The notes under the pieces were generated by a model. It ran no database searches and was not told the origin of the DNA. It worked only from the letters and a program-made list of their open reading frames with translations. Of a stretch of DNA of 64,000 nt, positions 44,131 through 56,300 are shown in pieces (position 1 is the first letter of the stretch; each line of letters opens with the position of its first letter). The stretch is from the NCBI RefSeq assembly GCF_963506605.1, contig NC_083288.1, positions 33,294,001 to 33,358,000 on the forward strand. The letters run 5' to 3'. The translations under genes and the position numbers were made by a program. This DNA comes from Zootoca vivipara (lineage: Eukaryota).

Positions 44131-46267
44131 AGGAGGAGGAGGAAGAAGAAGAAGTTGGCAAAACACACTGCTTTCTGTTTCATTCTGAAAAGCACAGCTC
44201 ATTTTAAACTTCACTGGCACAGCGGAGGAAAATGAAAGAGCAACTGAACTGCACACAGCAGGTGAGAAGGGGGGAGGCAATAGGAAGGAAACTTAACATT
44301 TTAGATTGGGGTGGGCAGAAGGATCTTCCCTCCCACCCCGACAAGTCCTTAGCTGAGGCCACAGCTAGCCTGTGAGCTCAAGGGGGCTTAGGCCTTGTAT
44401 CTCCAAAGTACATAGATATTTTCAAAAAAATTCTGCTGGCATGGAAGGTATTTCAAGTGTTACATATTCGTTTGGGATGTGGCATCACAAAGGAGAGGTG
44501 GAGCAGGAGTGAAGAGGCCTTTGGAGATGACTTGGTTGAGAGCCACAAATGATAAAAGGAGGTTAGAAGGCACAAGGACAAAATAAACTGTGCATGCTTA
44601 GTCTAGAGGGGGAAATCAATGGGAAATAAAATGCTTTTCTTTATCTAGGAAGGAGACAGGAGAGGCATTGATTGGCTAGCTGCAAGTTGGCAATTTGAGG
44701 CTTGTCACAAGTTGCCCCAGAAGCAGGATTACCATGAAAGAGCAAAACAAACAACCATGTTCATAGTATAGGGAAGCAAATTTAGGAGACGTGTTTAGCA
44801 ACAGCTCTCTCAAGACTAATGAAGCTCAACAAAGCACAAGATCTTGAGAGGCAGGGCAGGGGGGAAAGGGAGCATCGTTTGGGGTATGCACCCTTTTTTA
44901 AAAAAAGAAAAGAAAAAGCAGGTTGAAAAGAATAATAAAGGGGAAGAGGGTGGTGGTTTTAAGTGGCCAGGACAAGAGGGTACACAATCTGAACAGATGC
45001 ACTGGCAAGAAATGCATTTTCCTTTGTAAAGCAAAACCAAAACACACACTAGCCTGTGCAACAGCAGACTCTAGCGACTATTATTAGGCATGACAGCAGT
45101 GCTATTTCCTCCTCCACCACCATCCCATCTCACCCTTCCAACACATTTACACAAAAAAATCTTAACGCGCTCTCTCTTTTCAGTCAAGGAATGGGTTTAA
45201 GGGAATTTAATTTGTGATATAAGTAAAAGTTACAGAAAACTTTGAGAACCAAATAACTGAGAGGACCTGAACCATGTTACGGCTGCAAGGAAGGAAAACT
45301 CACTAGGCAAAAACAGTTCTGGCAACCATCTGGATCCAATACAAGCAGTCAGGATACAAATATATGTGGATTCCTATTTCACTGTAATCAACATATTATA
45401 CACCTATATCAAATTTTGCAACTGAATCCACAAGAGAGAAAGCGAATCCTAATGTTTCCCATGTCTGCAACACTGGGTACCTCTTGTTTCTTACACTCTT
45501 ACTAAATTTTCAAGAGTGCCCTATTTTTTGTCAGGCACGTTTGAGAACTTGCTCCAAAATGAATTTGTCTTCCATAATGAGATGCAATGCCTTTACTACT
45601 TTTCCTTTAGAAATTTTGGGCTCTCACTCTTTCCTCTCTGTTATCAATCATACTTTCCTACTAAAGGGTCCATCGAACAGAGCCTCATCAGAGTCCCCTT
45701 TGCAACCAACATGGCAGAGAACGGAGCTGGTCCTTTCCTGCTGTGGTCCTGACACTCTAAGTATTTTGCCCAGCAAAGCCAACTAAGAGTACATATTTAC
45801 AGGCTACTACAAAGAAGTATCTTCACTTGAGTCTTGAATTTTCTACCTGGTTGCCTGGCTTCGCCAGAGTATTTCTTTTTTAAAAAGAGGGTGTGTAGAA
45901 TTACTTATTGTTACTCAATGTTACTCTTGCTATTTATAGCCACCTTGACTATAAGAAAAGGGCAAAGAATATAGTTTCTAACTAAATCTTAAAATCCACT
46001 TTAGAAATATGCTGTTGGCTGTCACCACGTGGTAACTGAATGGTTCAACTCTCAGAACCTGGAAGGTGGCTTTATAAAGTGGGAGGGCCAATGTACTAAT
46101 TAATGTACTAAAAAATAACGCACTTAAGACACAGAACTGTGATTTCAAGACAAAGCAGAATAAAAAACCTCCACATGTAACAGAGGTCTTCTTTGACAAG
46201 CCAACACCACAGAAGAGGCAGAGAAAATCTCAGGGATTCAACAACAATTTCTGCATTTCATAAGTTT

Positions 46268-46273
46268 TTTATT
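46268..46273 (-). terminator. SRRM2: SRRM2 distal polyadenylation signal
   Basis: AATAAA on the minus strand ~1.06 kb after the stop; a second AATAAA lies at 46890-46895. Confidence 0.7.
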
Positions 46274-47334
46274 TGACAGAAAAAATCTCCTTGCTGTACA
46301 TATCAAAAAAAATTAAATGCTTTTAAGAAATATGAAGAAACTTCTGTTCCCATCCCTCCCTGATTTAGGGTTTCTCGGCTTCTTTCCAGCAGAATTTCTC
46401 TCACCTTCCCTTGTAAAATGCCTGTCTGCCCCCTTTCCAGTCCCTATCTTGACCCCTCCTGACCTGGCTCAGCTGATCAATATGAAAGAGTCTGCTTTGA
46501 GGGAAGGATAAAAAGGGAAAAGAGCACCGCATTATTAAAATCTGTTTGTTTTGGGGGGTGGAAATGGTCTAATGCTCAAATTGTGCCACCATCAGATGTC
46601 ATCCCCAATGTTGCAGGCTACAAGCAACACCTCATTTCTCCCAAAAAGTTTGCTTGCAGTTCTCCTGAACCACTGGGTCACAGAAGGAAAGCTTCTGAAT
46701 ATTCAGCAGGAGCCCCCCACCCCGGCTCTGAAAACTAGGGGATCCCCAAGGCCAACCTGCCCTCCTTCCCCATTTTTTTCTACAACCCTCCACCATTACA
46801 GAGAGGGGTGCCTGAGAAACACTAAATCAAACAGATTAGCTCACATTTATCTCCCTACTCCCCACCCGCCCACCCTTTTTGTGTTTTCTTTTATTTAAAC
46901 CTTTTATGTCTAAATCAACAAAAAGGAGACCCCTCTCTCAAAACACAGAAGTAAAGATTTTAGCTGTAAAACGCACAGAAAAAACGCTCACAAGAGAGAG
47001 AGAGAAAAAAAATCAAATGAACATCACCAACTGTTGGGAAGAGGAAGAAGAGGAGCGCAGAGACGGCGGATCCTGGTGGGTGCTGAGCAGAGATGTCCAG
47101 GGAGGGGAATGTAGCTGCCGACAAATGATGGGCAATAAAGACAGGGACAGTGAAGAAAAAACTAATGAGAATAAAAAGCCAATGGCAAATGAAGAGGGGC
47201 CCCCCACGCAAACACACTGGCTTCCAGTGGGCTTCAGGAGGCAGGGGGCTCCCACCTGGGACAGCACTGTGGGAGGCTGGGGTGGTGCAGTCTGTGGTTG
47301 CAAGGGCAAGGGCTTTCCAGATTCTCCAAGACGC

Positions 47335-50300
47335 TTAGGGGGACCTGGAAGGGGGCAAAGAGAGGAGAAATTAACAAGCTTAGCTCCCAGGATGGGCTAC
47401 CACCCGAATTTCCCAGCCTAGGGGCAGGCCACTTGCCCCAAGCACTTGCAGTCACTCCAGAGTATACTGCAACTTTTTCTCCATTTTCTACATCACCTTA
47501 AGGAAACATGGCCATTTGGACACCAGTAGTACAGAGTGAAAAATGTTGTGAGGGAGAAGGGAAAGCTTCACAATGCCCACTGGAGAGGCTCCAGACAGCC
47601 TAATGTATCTGCAAGCCATTAGGGAATGAGGCAGGAAAGAGTCCACAACCCCCAAATAGAAAAACCCACAGAAGGCCTGCTTCTGAAGACAGGCATCTAT
47701 ACAATGAGCCAGCCCAAGCCCACCTTCAGCACACTTCTTGCCCCCCTCCCCCAGGAAAGCACTTGGGACCATGACATCACACACCAGGAAGCAAAAGAGG
47801 CTGCAGTAACAACCTCCACCTATTTGTAATACTTTCTACCTGTGTGATGGTTTTAACAGTCAGCTGCTCTGGGGGTCAATCTTGGTTTGAATGTGAGGTG
47901 AAGCAAATATTCCCCATACAGTGATGTCAGAAAGGTCTACTCAATGTTCTTTCAATTTGTTTACTAACATTACTAGAAGGAAACCTCCCATCCAGGAAGT
48001 TACAGAGTCTGACCTACTCAACTTCCACTGAATTACAGTGCAGCTGCACCATGTGCTTTTCCAGCCATCCTATGACACGATTCTGTAACTCAACTGCAAA
48101 GATCAGCAGGAACATGGAGCAGAGCGTTTTCTGGGACACTACACCCAAGGCCATTCACTTAAGAGCAGAGGGGAGGAGCTGCAGCCCCAGTGACAAAGGT
48201 GGCCCTCTAGAGCATCTTTATCTGGCCCTTGGACCTCCTCCTAGGCCACACCCAGAGCCAGGCTCTGTGCTTTTACCTGACTGGAATGTGTGTCCTTAAA
48301 CTATTACAGTTCATCTTGCTTGCCTGAATGGAGGATAGAGAAACAGGGAAAAGGGGCTCTATGTAGAAACCTGTTCTTACAGGCTGCTTTTTGTCAATAA
48401 TTCAAATCTGGAGTTGCTGGGGTTTATGCTGAATTACTGCTCTTTATGAGCTGTCATATTTTATAAGCCACCTTGAATACTGTCAGAAACCAAGCACATA
48501 CTACCTTGAAGTTCTGCGGCGGGGGACTCGAGGGCTGGGGGAATTGCGTCGACGTTTCCGGCCTGGAGACCTGCTGATGCTTCGTCTGTTTCTCTGCGAG
48601 GACCTGTCCCTGGACCTGTCCCTGGACAAGCAAAAGAAGGCATGAAGCTGTTCCAAGTTATCTTAACTCCAATTTTCACATATCCTTCCCTATTCCAAAC
48701 AGATCCCTAGCCACCGCCTCCCTGCCTCACAATCCCAACATGGTGAGAAGGGAGGCTCAGGTACCTACCTGCGTCGGTCCCTTGGAGCTGAAGGCAGCTG
48801 GACCGGAGGGGATACCCGGCGGCGTTCTGCAGGGGAGTAGCTGAGGGAACGTGAATCACGCAGCGAGTCAATAGGCTTCCGGGGACTGCGTGACCTGAAG
48901 GAAGAGAGAGAAGATGGGCTGCTTAGAGTGCATTCACCACACTTGGTCCTTCAGCTATAGGAGAAGAAAAAGAACTTGTGTGATCATTTTCCAGCAAAAT
49001 GCTGGACAAGAGTAAAGCATGGACACACCCCTAGGCTATACCCAGAGCTAAATACCCATGCACTCGTACTACATGCAGAGTTCAGAATCCTTTCATTTTT
49101 AAGACATTTCCAATTCAGTACTAGTTCCATATTTTGGGAGCCCACACATAAGATTCTCTGTGTCCTCATTCTTTTCACTGACATCACTTGCAGGTCAGGG
49201 AGAGAAGCAAGCAAGCAAGCAAGCAAGCAATGCAGCAGCAGCAGGTGCCACACCATTTTCCTTGCTGTTGCCATAACTCATGCAGTCAATCTGGGCCAAA
49301 GGGTGGGTAAGCAAATGGTTACGGGTAAGTAGGGTCAGCAGACTCTCTGCAAAGGGTCCCCTGCTTGCCCCCCATCAGGCCAAGCCCCAATGCTGGAGTT
49401 GTTTGAATCCTTAAAGCTGCAAAGGCAGGCTACAGTATGTGCAGGAAATGCCTGGCAAGATCTCAGTCGGGTGGAGACTAAGCAAGCTTTCTAGTGCAAA
49501 GGACTTCGGAGCCCAGCAGAAATCCGGGCCGCTAACAGTGGCTTTCAAGAAGAGGTTGGTGCAAAGCAAGCAAACAGATTCCAGATTCCTTAACAGAAAC
49601 ATGAAAGCTGCCTTATACAGAGCCAGATCACTGTTCCATGTAGCTCAGTCCTGTCTACACCAGGGATGAGGAACCTGTGATGCTCCAGATGTTGTTGGAC
49701 CACAACTCCCATCAGCCTCGGGGAACATGGCCAATTATCAGGGATGTCCAACATCTGGAGAGCCACAGGTTCCCTATTCCTAGGCATCAATGATTGGCAG
49801 CAGCTCTCCAGTACTTCAAACAGGGGCCTACTACCTGGAGATGCCAGTGGCACAAGAGTAAGCCTCCCTACTACCACCCACCCACACAATCAGGCCCAAA
49901 GTTTTCTGCACCTTTGTTGCCCACCTGCAACACTTGGGGGTTTTGGCATTCTGCTACACATGCTCTTTTTACATCATTTTCACTAGCAATGTGGTGCCAA
50001 CAGCTACCCTAATTAAAGAGTTGGAAGAACAGAGAACAGTCCCACAGGATACAACAGTCATGTAGGAGGAAGGGGCTGGCCCACCCCTATACTAAAATTA
50101 AGCCCCTGCCAATAGGTCATGGAATCATTCCATTGCAGCAGATTATCAGCTCTTTCACCAATAACCAATAATAATACTTACTTCCTCTTCTCTGGAGACG
50201 GCTTCTTTTTGGGGACCACTTTGGCTGGTACCTGGGATCCAGTCTTAGGCGACGAGGGTGAAGCAGAGGAGGAGGATGATGAAGATGAGGAGGAGGCAGA

Positions 50301-53300
50301 GGAGGAGGAGGAGGATGTGGAGGAGGAGGAAGAGGAAGAGGAGGAAGAGCTGCTGCTGGAACTGCTGGAGCTCTGAGAACGGCGCTTACGTTTGCCCACT
50401 TCCAAAGGCTGCTCATCACGGTTAGCCTCCTTCAGCACTGGACTTGGTGGCCTGGGAAGGGAGAAGAGAAAATGAAGGATAGTATCAAGTTCAAACACAC
50501 AGGGCAATTGTATTAAAAGGAATAAGAGAGGTATTGGTGGGTTATTTCTAGAATCACCATTTTTGTTTCTTTGCCAAGGGAAACTGATACACCAACCTTT
50601 GGATCATGGTGTTTATTGGAAAGGTCCTGGAGGCTAGCTGCCTTAGCCCTTTACATTTCTGTTATCAGAATGGTTGCTGCTGTTCCCACCACACCAGAAA
50701 ACATTAAAGGCTTCTACGTACATTGGCCTACTGCTACATCACAATGGTTATATCACTCAAGGGGCCAGTGTTCTTAGATCAATGCAAAATCATCACCTTC
50801 AGTAGGAACAGCAACCTCACTAGTAAGACAATGTCAAAGGAGGTCATCATTCCTGCTGAAGTTCAAAACTCAGAACAGTATTTTGATTAGTGATTCTAAT
50901 GATCAGCCTCCTCCATCTCAACTCTTGCTTCCTCTTCCCATTCTCCAGTTCCCTAATGCCTTGTTTTCTAGTTCTATCACCCCAAACCATGGCAAAAGGA
51001 AGTATGAAAAGTACAGTGAACTAGAATCTTGGGGAAAGAATCAAAGGATGTTCACAAACCTAGCCACATGTATTTCATGTGTACAAAAACATGCTCTGCA
51101 AGGGAGCCCTGCATTTGGTTTCACCAGGTGTGCTTTAAAGGAGCAAAAGACTTGCATGGGGCCTGCAGTGCAGATTTAGAGCCCAAATTCCATGTGCCTT
51201 CCTGCTACAAAGACGCAGTGAAGTGAAACAAGGTTAGCCTCTGGTGGACAAAGGCCACCATTACAGTTTTTAAAACCATTTCAGCTAACATGAAGAACTT
51301 TATGAGATCTTTAAAAACTAAGAGGTAAAGTTCTCACCCTCATTTGGTAGATTTAAGTGTCAGAATACAGTGGGGAGAGAAGCCATGAAAAGCAAAAGGA
51401 TTTCTATGCCAAGCTTAAGAAACATACAAGATATGGACACTGGCCACCCACAAGCAGAATCTGGGATAGCTTAGCTATACAGGTCATGTTATGCCCTTTT
51501 TGCTTAAGGAAGCCTCTCATCTGGACACCTATTGGCATCTAGATTTGAGAGAGGACCAGCTGAAAAGGGGATGGCAAACATACATCCTTGTACCTTTCTC
51601 AAGCCTAGTTTCTGTGCTAAGGAATGGAGATGCCTTTATGCCCCTCCAATGGCCAGCATACAAACACAGGTTACCAGCTTCTTAATAACTTCTGACAGCT
51701 TATTTTCAAGGCTGATATTCGTACCAAGACACACGACAGTGGTTAATTTAGCTCACCAAAGCGAGGAGGATTCAATTATTAGCTGGCGCTTATCTTGTTA
51801 TATTGGGGCAGCCAACCCCTGACCTGAAGAGCTGATGCAACCACCCAAGGAAGTTTTTCTGGCCTCCAAAACCCCACCAATGCTGGAGATGTAAATCTTC
51901 CTCTCCTCAGCCATCAGGCTGGAGTGGAGAGAGGAAAATTACCAGCTGAGGTGGTGTGGGTGGGGGGAAATACCTACTACTGACAATCCGTGCCCAAACA
52001 GTTGACCAAGAGTGAAGGCACGCCTCAGGCCACAAAAGGTTAGCAACCAGTTGAGCTTTGCATAAAAATCTTACAGAGAATAATATCTCTTGGTTTTCAT
52101 GGTCTTAGCTATTTTGCACTCTCAGCCTGCATAGAAGAACACACACTTCAAGTATCAGATGAAATGGATCTTGTCCCAAAAAAATTCATGCTATAATGTG
52201 AGTCTTTCAAGGTGCTACAAAACTCCCTTTTCCGGAGTGGAAGGCACAATGTGGAGTTGTACAGTGGCGGAGATGGTTGGAAAACAAGGCACAAAGGGTT
52301 AGAGGTTAGGATAACTTGAGTAAATACAGCAGAACAGGTGATCTAGAAGTGAAGACAAGATGCAAGATACCAGTAGCTTCATATAAGACAGGCATGAGCA
52401 GTGATTACTAGCAACTTAAGAGAGCGAGAAGGTGTGTGGGGGAGAGAAATATAGACTCTTACTGTTTTGGTACAATCTCCGCCTCAAGGTCTTTTGCCGG
52501 CTGATCCGGGGGGATGGACTCAGATGAGCTGGATTCAGAATCCGAATCAGAAGACGATGAGGAAGAGGAGGAGGAGGAGGAAGAGGAAGTGGTGGAAGAA
52601 GCAGATGAACTTCTCTTCACCTTTGAAGCAGCAGAGGGTGGTGGAGAGGGGACAGCCAGTTGTGGGGCAGTAGAACAGCTGCTCCTGGTGTTCTCCTCCA
52701 TGGCAACAGAAGCCAGCTGTGGCTCAGCCTCCAGGGTGGGGAGGCGCCCTGCAGGCCTCTCTGCTACTTTTCCTTCAGATACAAACTCCTCTTCTTTGGG
52801 GGCTGGGGCTAGCACAGAAACCAGGGCTGGCAAGGGGCTGGAGGACTCAGAGGAGGACGACGATGACCGAGCTTTAACAGGAGAAGGGGAGTCTGCATGG
52901 GAACTGCTTCTCCCTGACAAAGGAGCACCAGCAGCTGTTTCATCCCTAATTGTGGAAGGATGAAAGACCTGACTCCTATCTCCAGGGCTGTCTCGGACAG
53001 TCGTGGAACCGCCATTCTTTGACACGGCAGATGGAGCAGGAGACAAGGCCTTTCGAGCTATGGGAGAGTCCTCACATGGTGGAGTTGGAGTGCGAGGGAT
53101 GGCAGTGTTGCTTTTGCTGTGCCATAGCGAGGGTGCTGATGACTTCTCCTGGGTGTCAGACTTAGGGTATTTCTCCAGCACAGGAGGAGAGCGGGATTTC
53201 CTTCCTGGAGAGGTGCAGATTTCTCGGGAGCCTGATCTGGAATGCTTCCTCACAGGAGACGACCGAAAATCAGGAGACACTCTGGACCCAGTGCTTTTGT

Positions 53301-56300
53301 AGCTTGCTGTTATTCGTGGGGCATCTAATCTGGGAGGTGAACGGGATGCATTCCGGCTGGTAGCACTCCGTTGTGGTGACAGCCTAGACATCTCTCTCCG
53401 TGCTGGTGATCGGGAATGGCCTCTGCGAGGTGAGGCGACTGAGCGCTCACCCTTCCATGTGAAGCGAGATTTGTCTTGACGGGAAGGGGATCTTGAGCAG
53501 CTTCGGCCTGGGGATGAGATGGACCTTTCCCGCCGTAATGAGCCCCGAGACTTGTCTCGCCGCCTGGAGAGCGAACGGGAGCGACTCCTCCATGACAGAG
53601 AGCCAGATCTTCCCCGTCGCAAGGAGGTTCGAGGTCGGTTGTCACAGTGAGATGACGATTCAGATCTACGTGGATGCATGCTGGTGTTCGACCTCTGCCT
53701 TGAGCGCGATCTAGACCTCTGTCTCAGAGGTGTTCTAGATTTCCGTCTCGGGCTCAATGGTGACATAGATCTCCGTCTTCTTGTAATTGGTGTTCTAGAC
53801 TTCTCTCTGGCTCGTGGAGATGAACCAGACCTTCGACGTCGTGGTGGGGTTCTAGATTTTATTCTGGGTCTTGGGGAGGATCCAGATCTGCGACGGCGGC
53901 GAGGTGGGGTTCTGGACTTCATTCGTGGTCTTGGGGATGAACCAGACCTGCGTCGCCTTGGTGGGGTTCTGGACTTCATTCGTGGTCTTGGAGATGATCC
54001 AGACCTACGTCGTCTGGGGGGTGTCCTGGACTTCACTCTGGGCCTTGGTGGTGACCCAGACCTACCACGCTTTGGTGGAGTTCTGGATTTTGCTCTAGGT
54101 CTGGGTGGAGACCTTGATGTCCTGCGTCTTACAGGTGTCCTTGATTTTACTGACGGTCTGGGAGGTGACGGAGATCTGCTTACAGATTTTTCTTTTCGTT
54201 CTGGTGAAGACTCTGAACTGCTCTCACTGTTGTGTATTCTTGGCTTCTCTTTAACCTCTGAATACGACCCTGACCTGCTCCTCCAAGGTGCATCTCTGAG
54301 TGCCTCTTTCTTCTCTACAGGATAAACCTTCAAAGTCTCACTTGCTTCTGGAGAAGCTCCAGGTCTGTTGTGCTTTGCAACAGCTGGAAGTGTGCTGTTG
54401 TCTGGTTCTGGAGATGAATCTGACCTGCTGTGTGCTGGCGATGATACAGATTTGCTCTTGTTGACTGAAAGTGTTGCAGAGCGACTCAGTCGTGGAGGTG
54501 ATCGAGATTTATTGTCTTCTGGAGAAGATGTTGATGAAGAGGAGGAGGAAGAGGAGGAAGAGGAGGAGGAGGAAGAAGAGGAGGAGGAAGAAGAGGAAGA
54601 TCCAGATCTACTTCGCCTTGATGGAATCTTTGACTCTGTGAGTACTGATGACCCAGGCTGGCCTTGACTTGGTGGAGACTTCAATTTCTCTTTCCCAGGG
54701 GGAGATGAATCTAATTTACTTTTCTGGAATGGTGATGCAGCTCCCTCCATTACTGCCAATGATTTGTTGTGCCTTGCAGGTGACCCAGATTTTGACTTTA
54801 TTTCTTGGGACTTATTTTGTTTTGGGGGAGATCTGGATTTGCCATTTAGTTCAGGAGATGATCTGGACCCACTTCTCCTCATAGGTGATCTAGACTTCTC
54901 TCTCACTGCTGGAGGGGAGAGCCCAGGTCTGACCTGAATCAACGGTGATGTGACTTTCTTTGTCTCAGGAGAGTACTTCAACTTGCTCCTGGAAGGAGAT
55001 TTAGATTGCTCCTTGACCAATGGGGAGGAACCAGATCTGCTTCGCCTTGCTGGTGATCTGGATTTCTTCAACTCCAAAGAGCCGGTTGTACATTTTCCCA
55101 GTGGTGAAGTGGATTCCTTCTTCAGTTCCAAAGATGATCCAAATGTAGTTCGTCTTGGAGGAGAAAGAGATTTCTCCCTCAAAGCTGGAGGTGATCCAGA
55201 CAAGCTCTGCCTTCGGACTGGTGATCTAGGCTTCTCTTTTGCTGCTAAAGACCTTCCAGATCGGCTTCGCTGCAACGGGGGTGTAGACTTTGGTTCTGGA
55301 GAGGTTGTTCGTCTTGGAGGGGATATTGAGTTTTCTTTTGTTGATGACTGAGAGGAACCAGACCGGTCTCGTCTTGGAGATGATCTTAATTCCTTCTGCA
55401 GCCCTGGAGAGGACCCTGACTTGGTTTTCACCTCTGGAGAAGACTCAGACCTGTTTCGCCTTCTGGAGGATCCAGACCTGCTACGTCTTACAGGTGAGTT
55501 AGATTGGCTTCTTCTGGAAGACATTTTAGTTTTCTCTTCAACTGCTGAAGAATCCTCAAACTTCTTTGTATGTCTTGGAGATGAACCAGATCTGCTCCTT
55601 GAGGACATGCTAGATTTATTTTTGACTGCTGGAGGTGTCCTGGATTGACTTCGCCTTTCTGGTGATCTGGATTTCTTTTTTGGTGTTGAAGAACCAGACC
55701 TGCTTTGCCGTGGAGATAACCTGGACTTCGTTTTCAGCCTGGGTGAAGAACTAGAGCGACTGTGCCGTGATGGTGTTCTTGATTTTTTCTTCCTTGACCT
55801 TGGAGATGAACCTGAACGACTTCTTCTAGGAGACAACTGTGATTTCTTCTTTGCCTTTGGAAGTGATCCAGATCGACTGCGCCGGGGAGAAACACGTAAT
55901 CTGCTCCTTGATTCAGGAGATGAGCCAGACTGGCTACGCCGCAAAGGTTTTCTGGACCTCTCTCTCATTTGGGGGGAGGAACCAGATCGGCTTCTTCTTG
56001 AAGAAATTCTGGAGGCCTTCCGATCCGGAGATGACACAGACCTACTTCGCCTTGCTGAAATTAACGACTTCTCTCTCCTTGGTGAAGAGCTTGACCTCCC
56101 TCTCCTGGGAGGGGTTCTGGTTCTAGATCGCCCTCTTCTGGGTGGAGTTCTGGATCGAGACCTTGCTCGTCTGGGTGGAGTTCTGGATCGAGATCGGCCC
56201 CTTCTTGGTGGGGTTCTTGAACGTGACCTCCCTCTTCTTGGTGGGGTTCTTGACCTGCCCCATCTCCCACTATTTCTGCTTCTAGACCAGCCATGCCTTT

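Noticed and set aside
53790-54140. Regularly spaced ~57-60-nt repeats resembling a repeat array
   Set aside because: Coding repeats of SRRM2; eukaryotic context, not CRISPR
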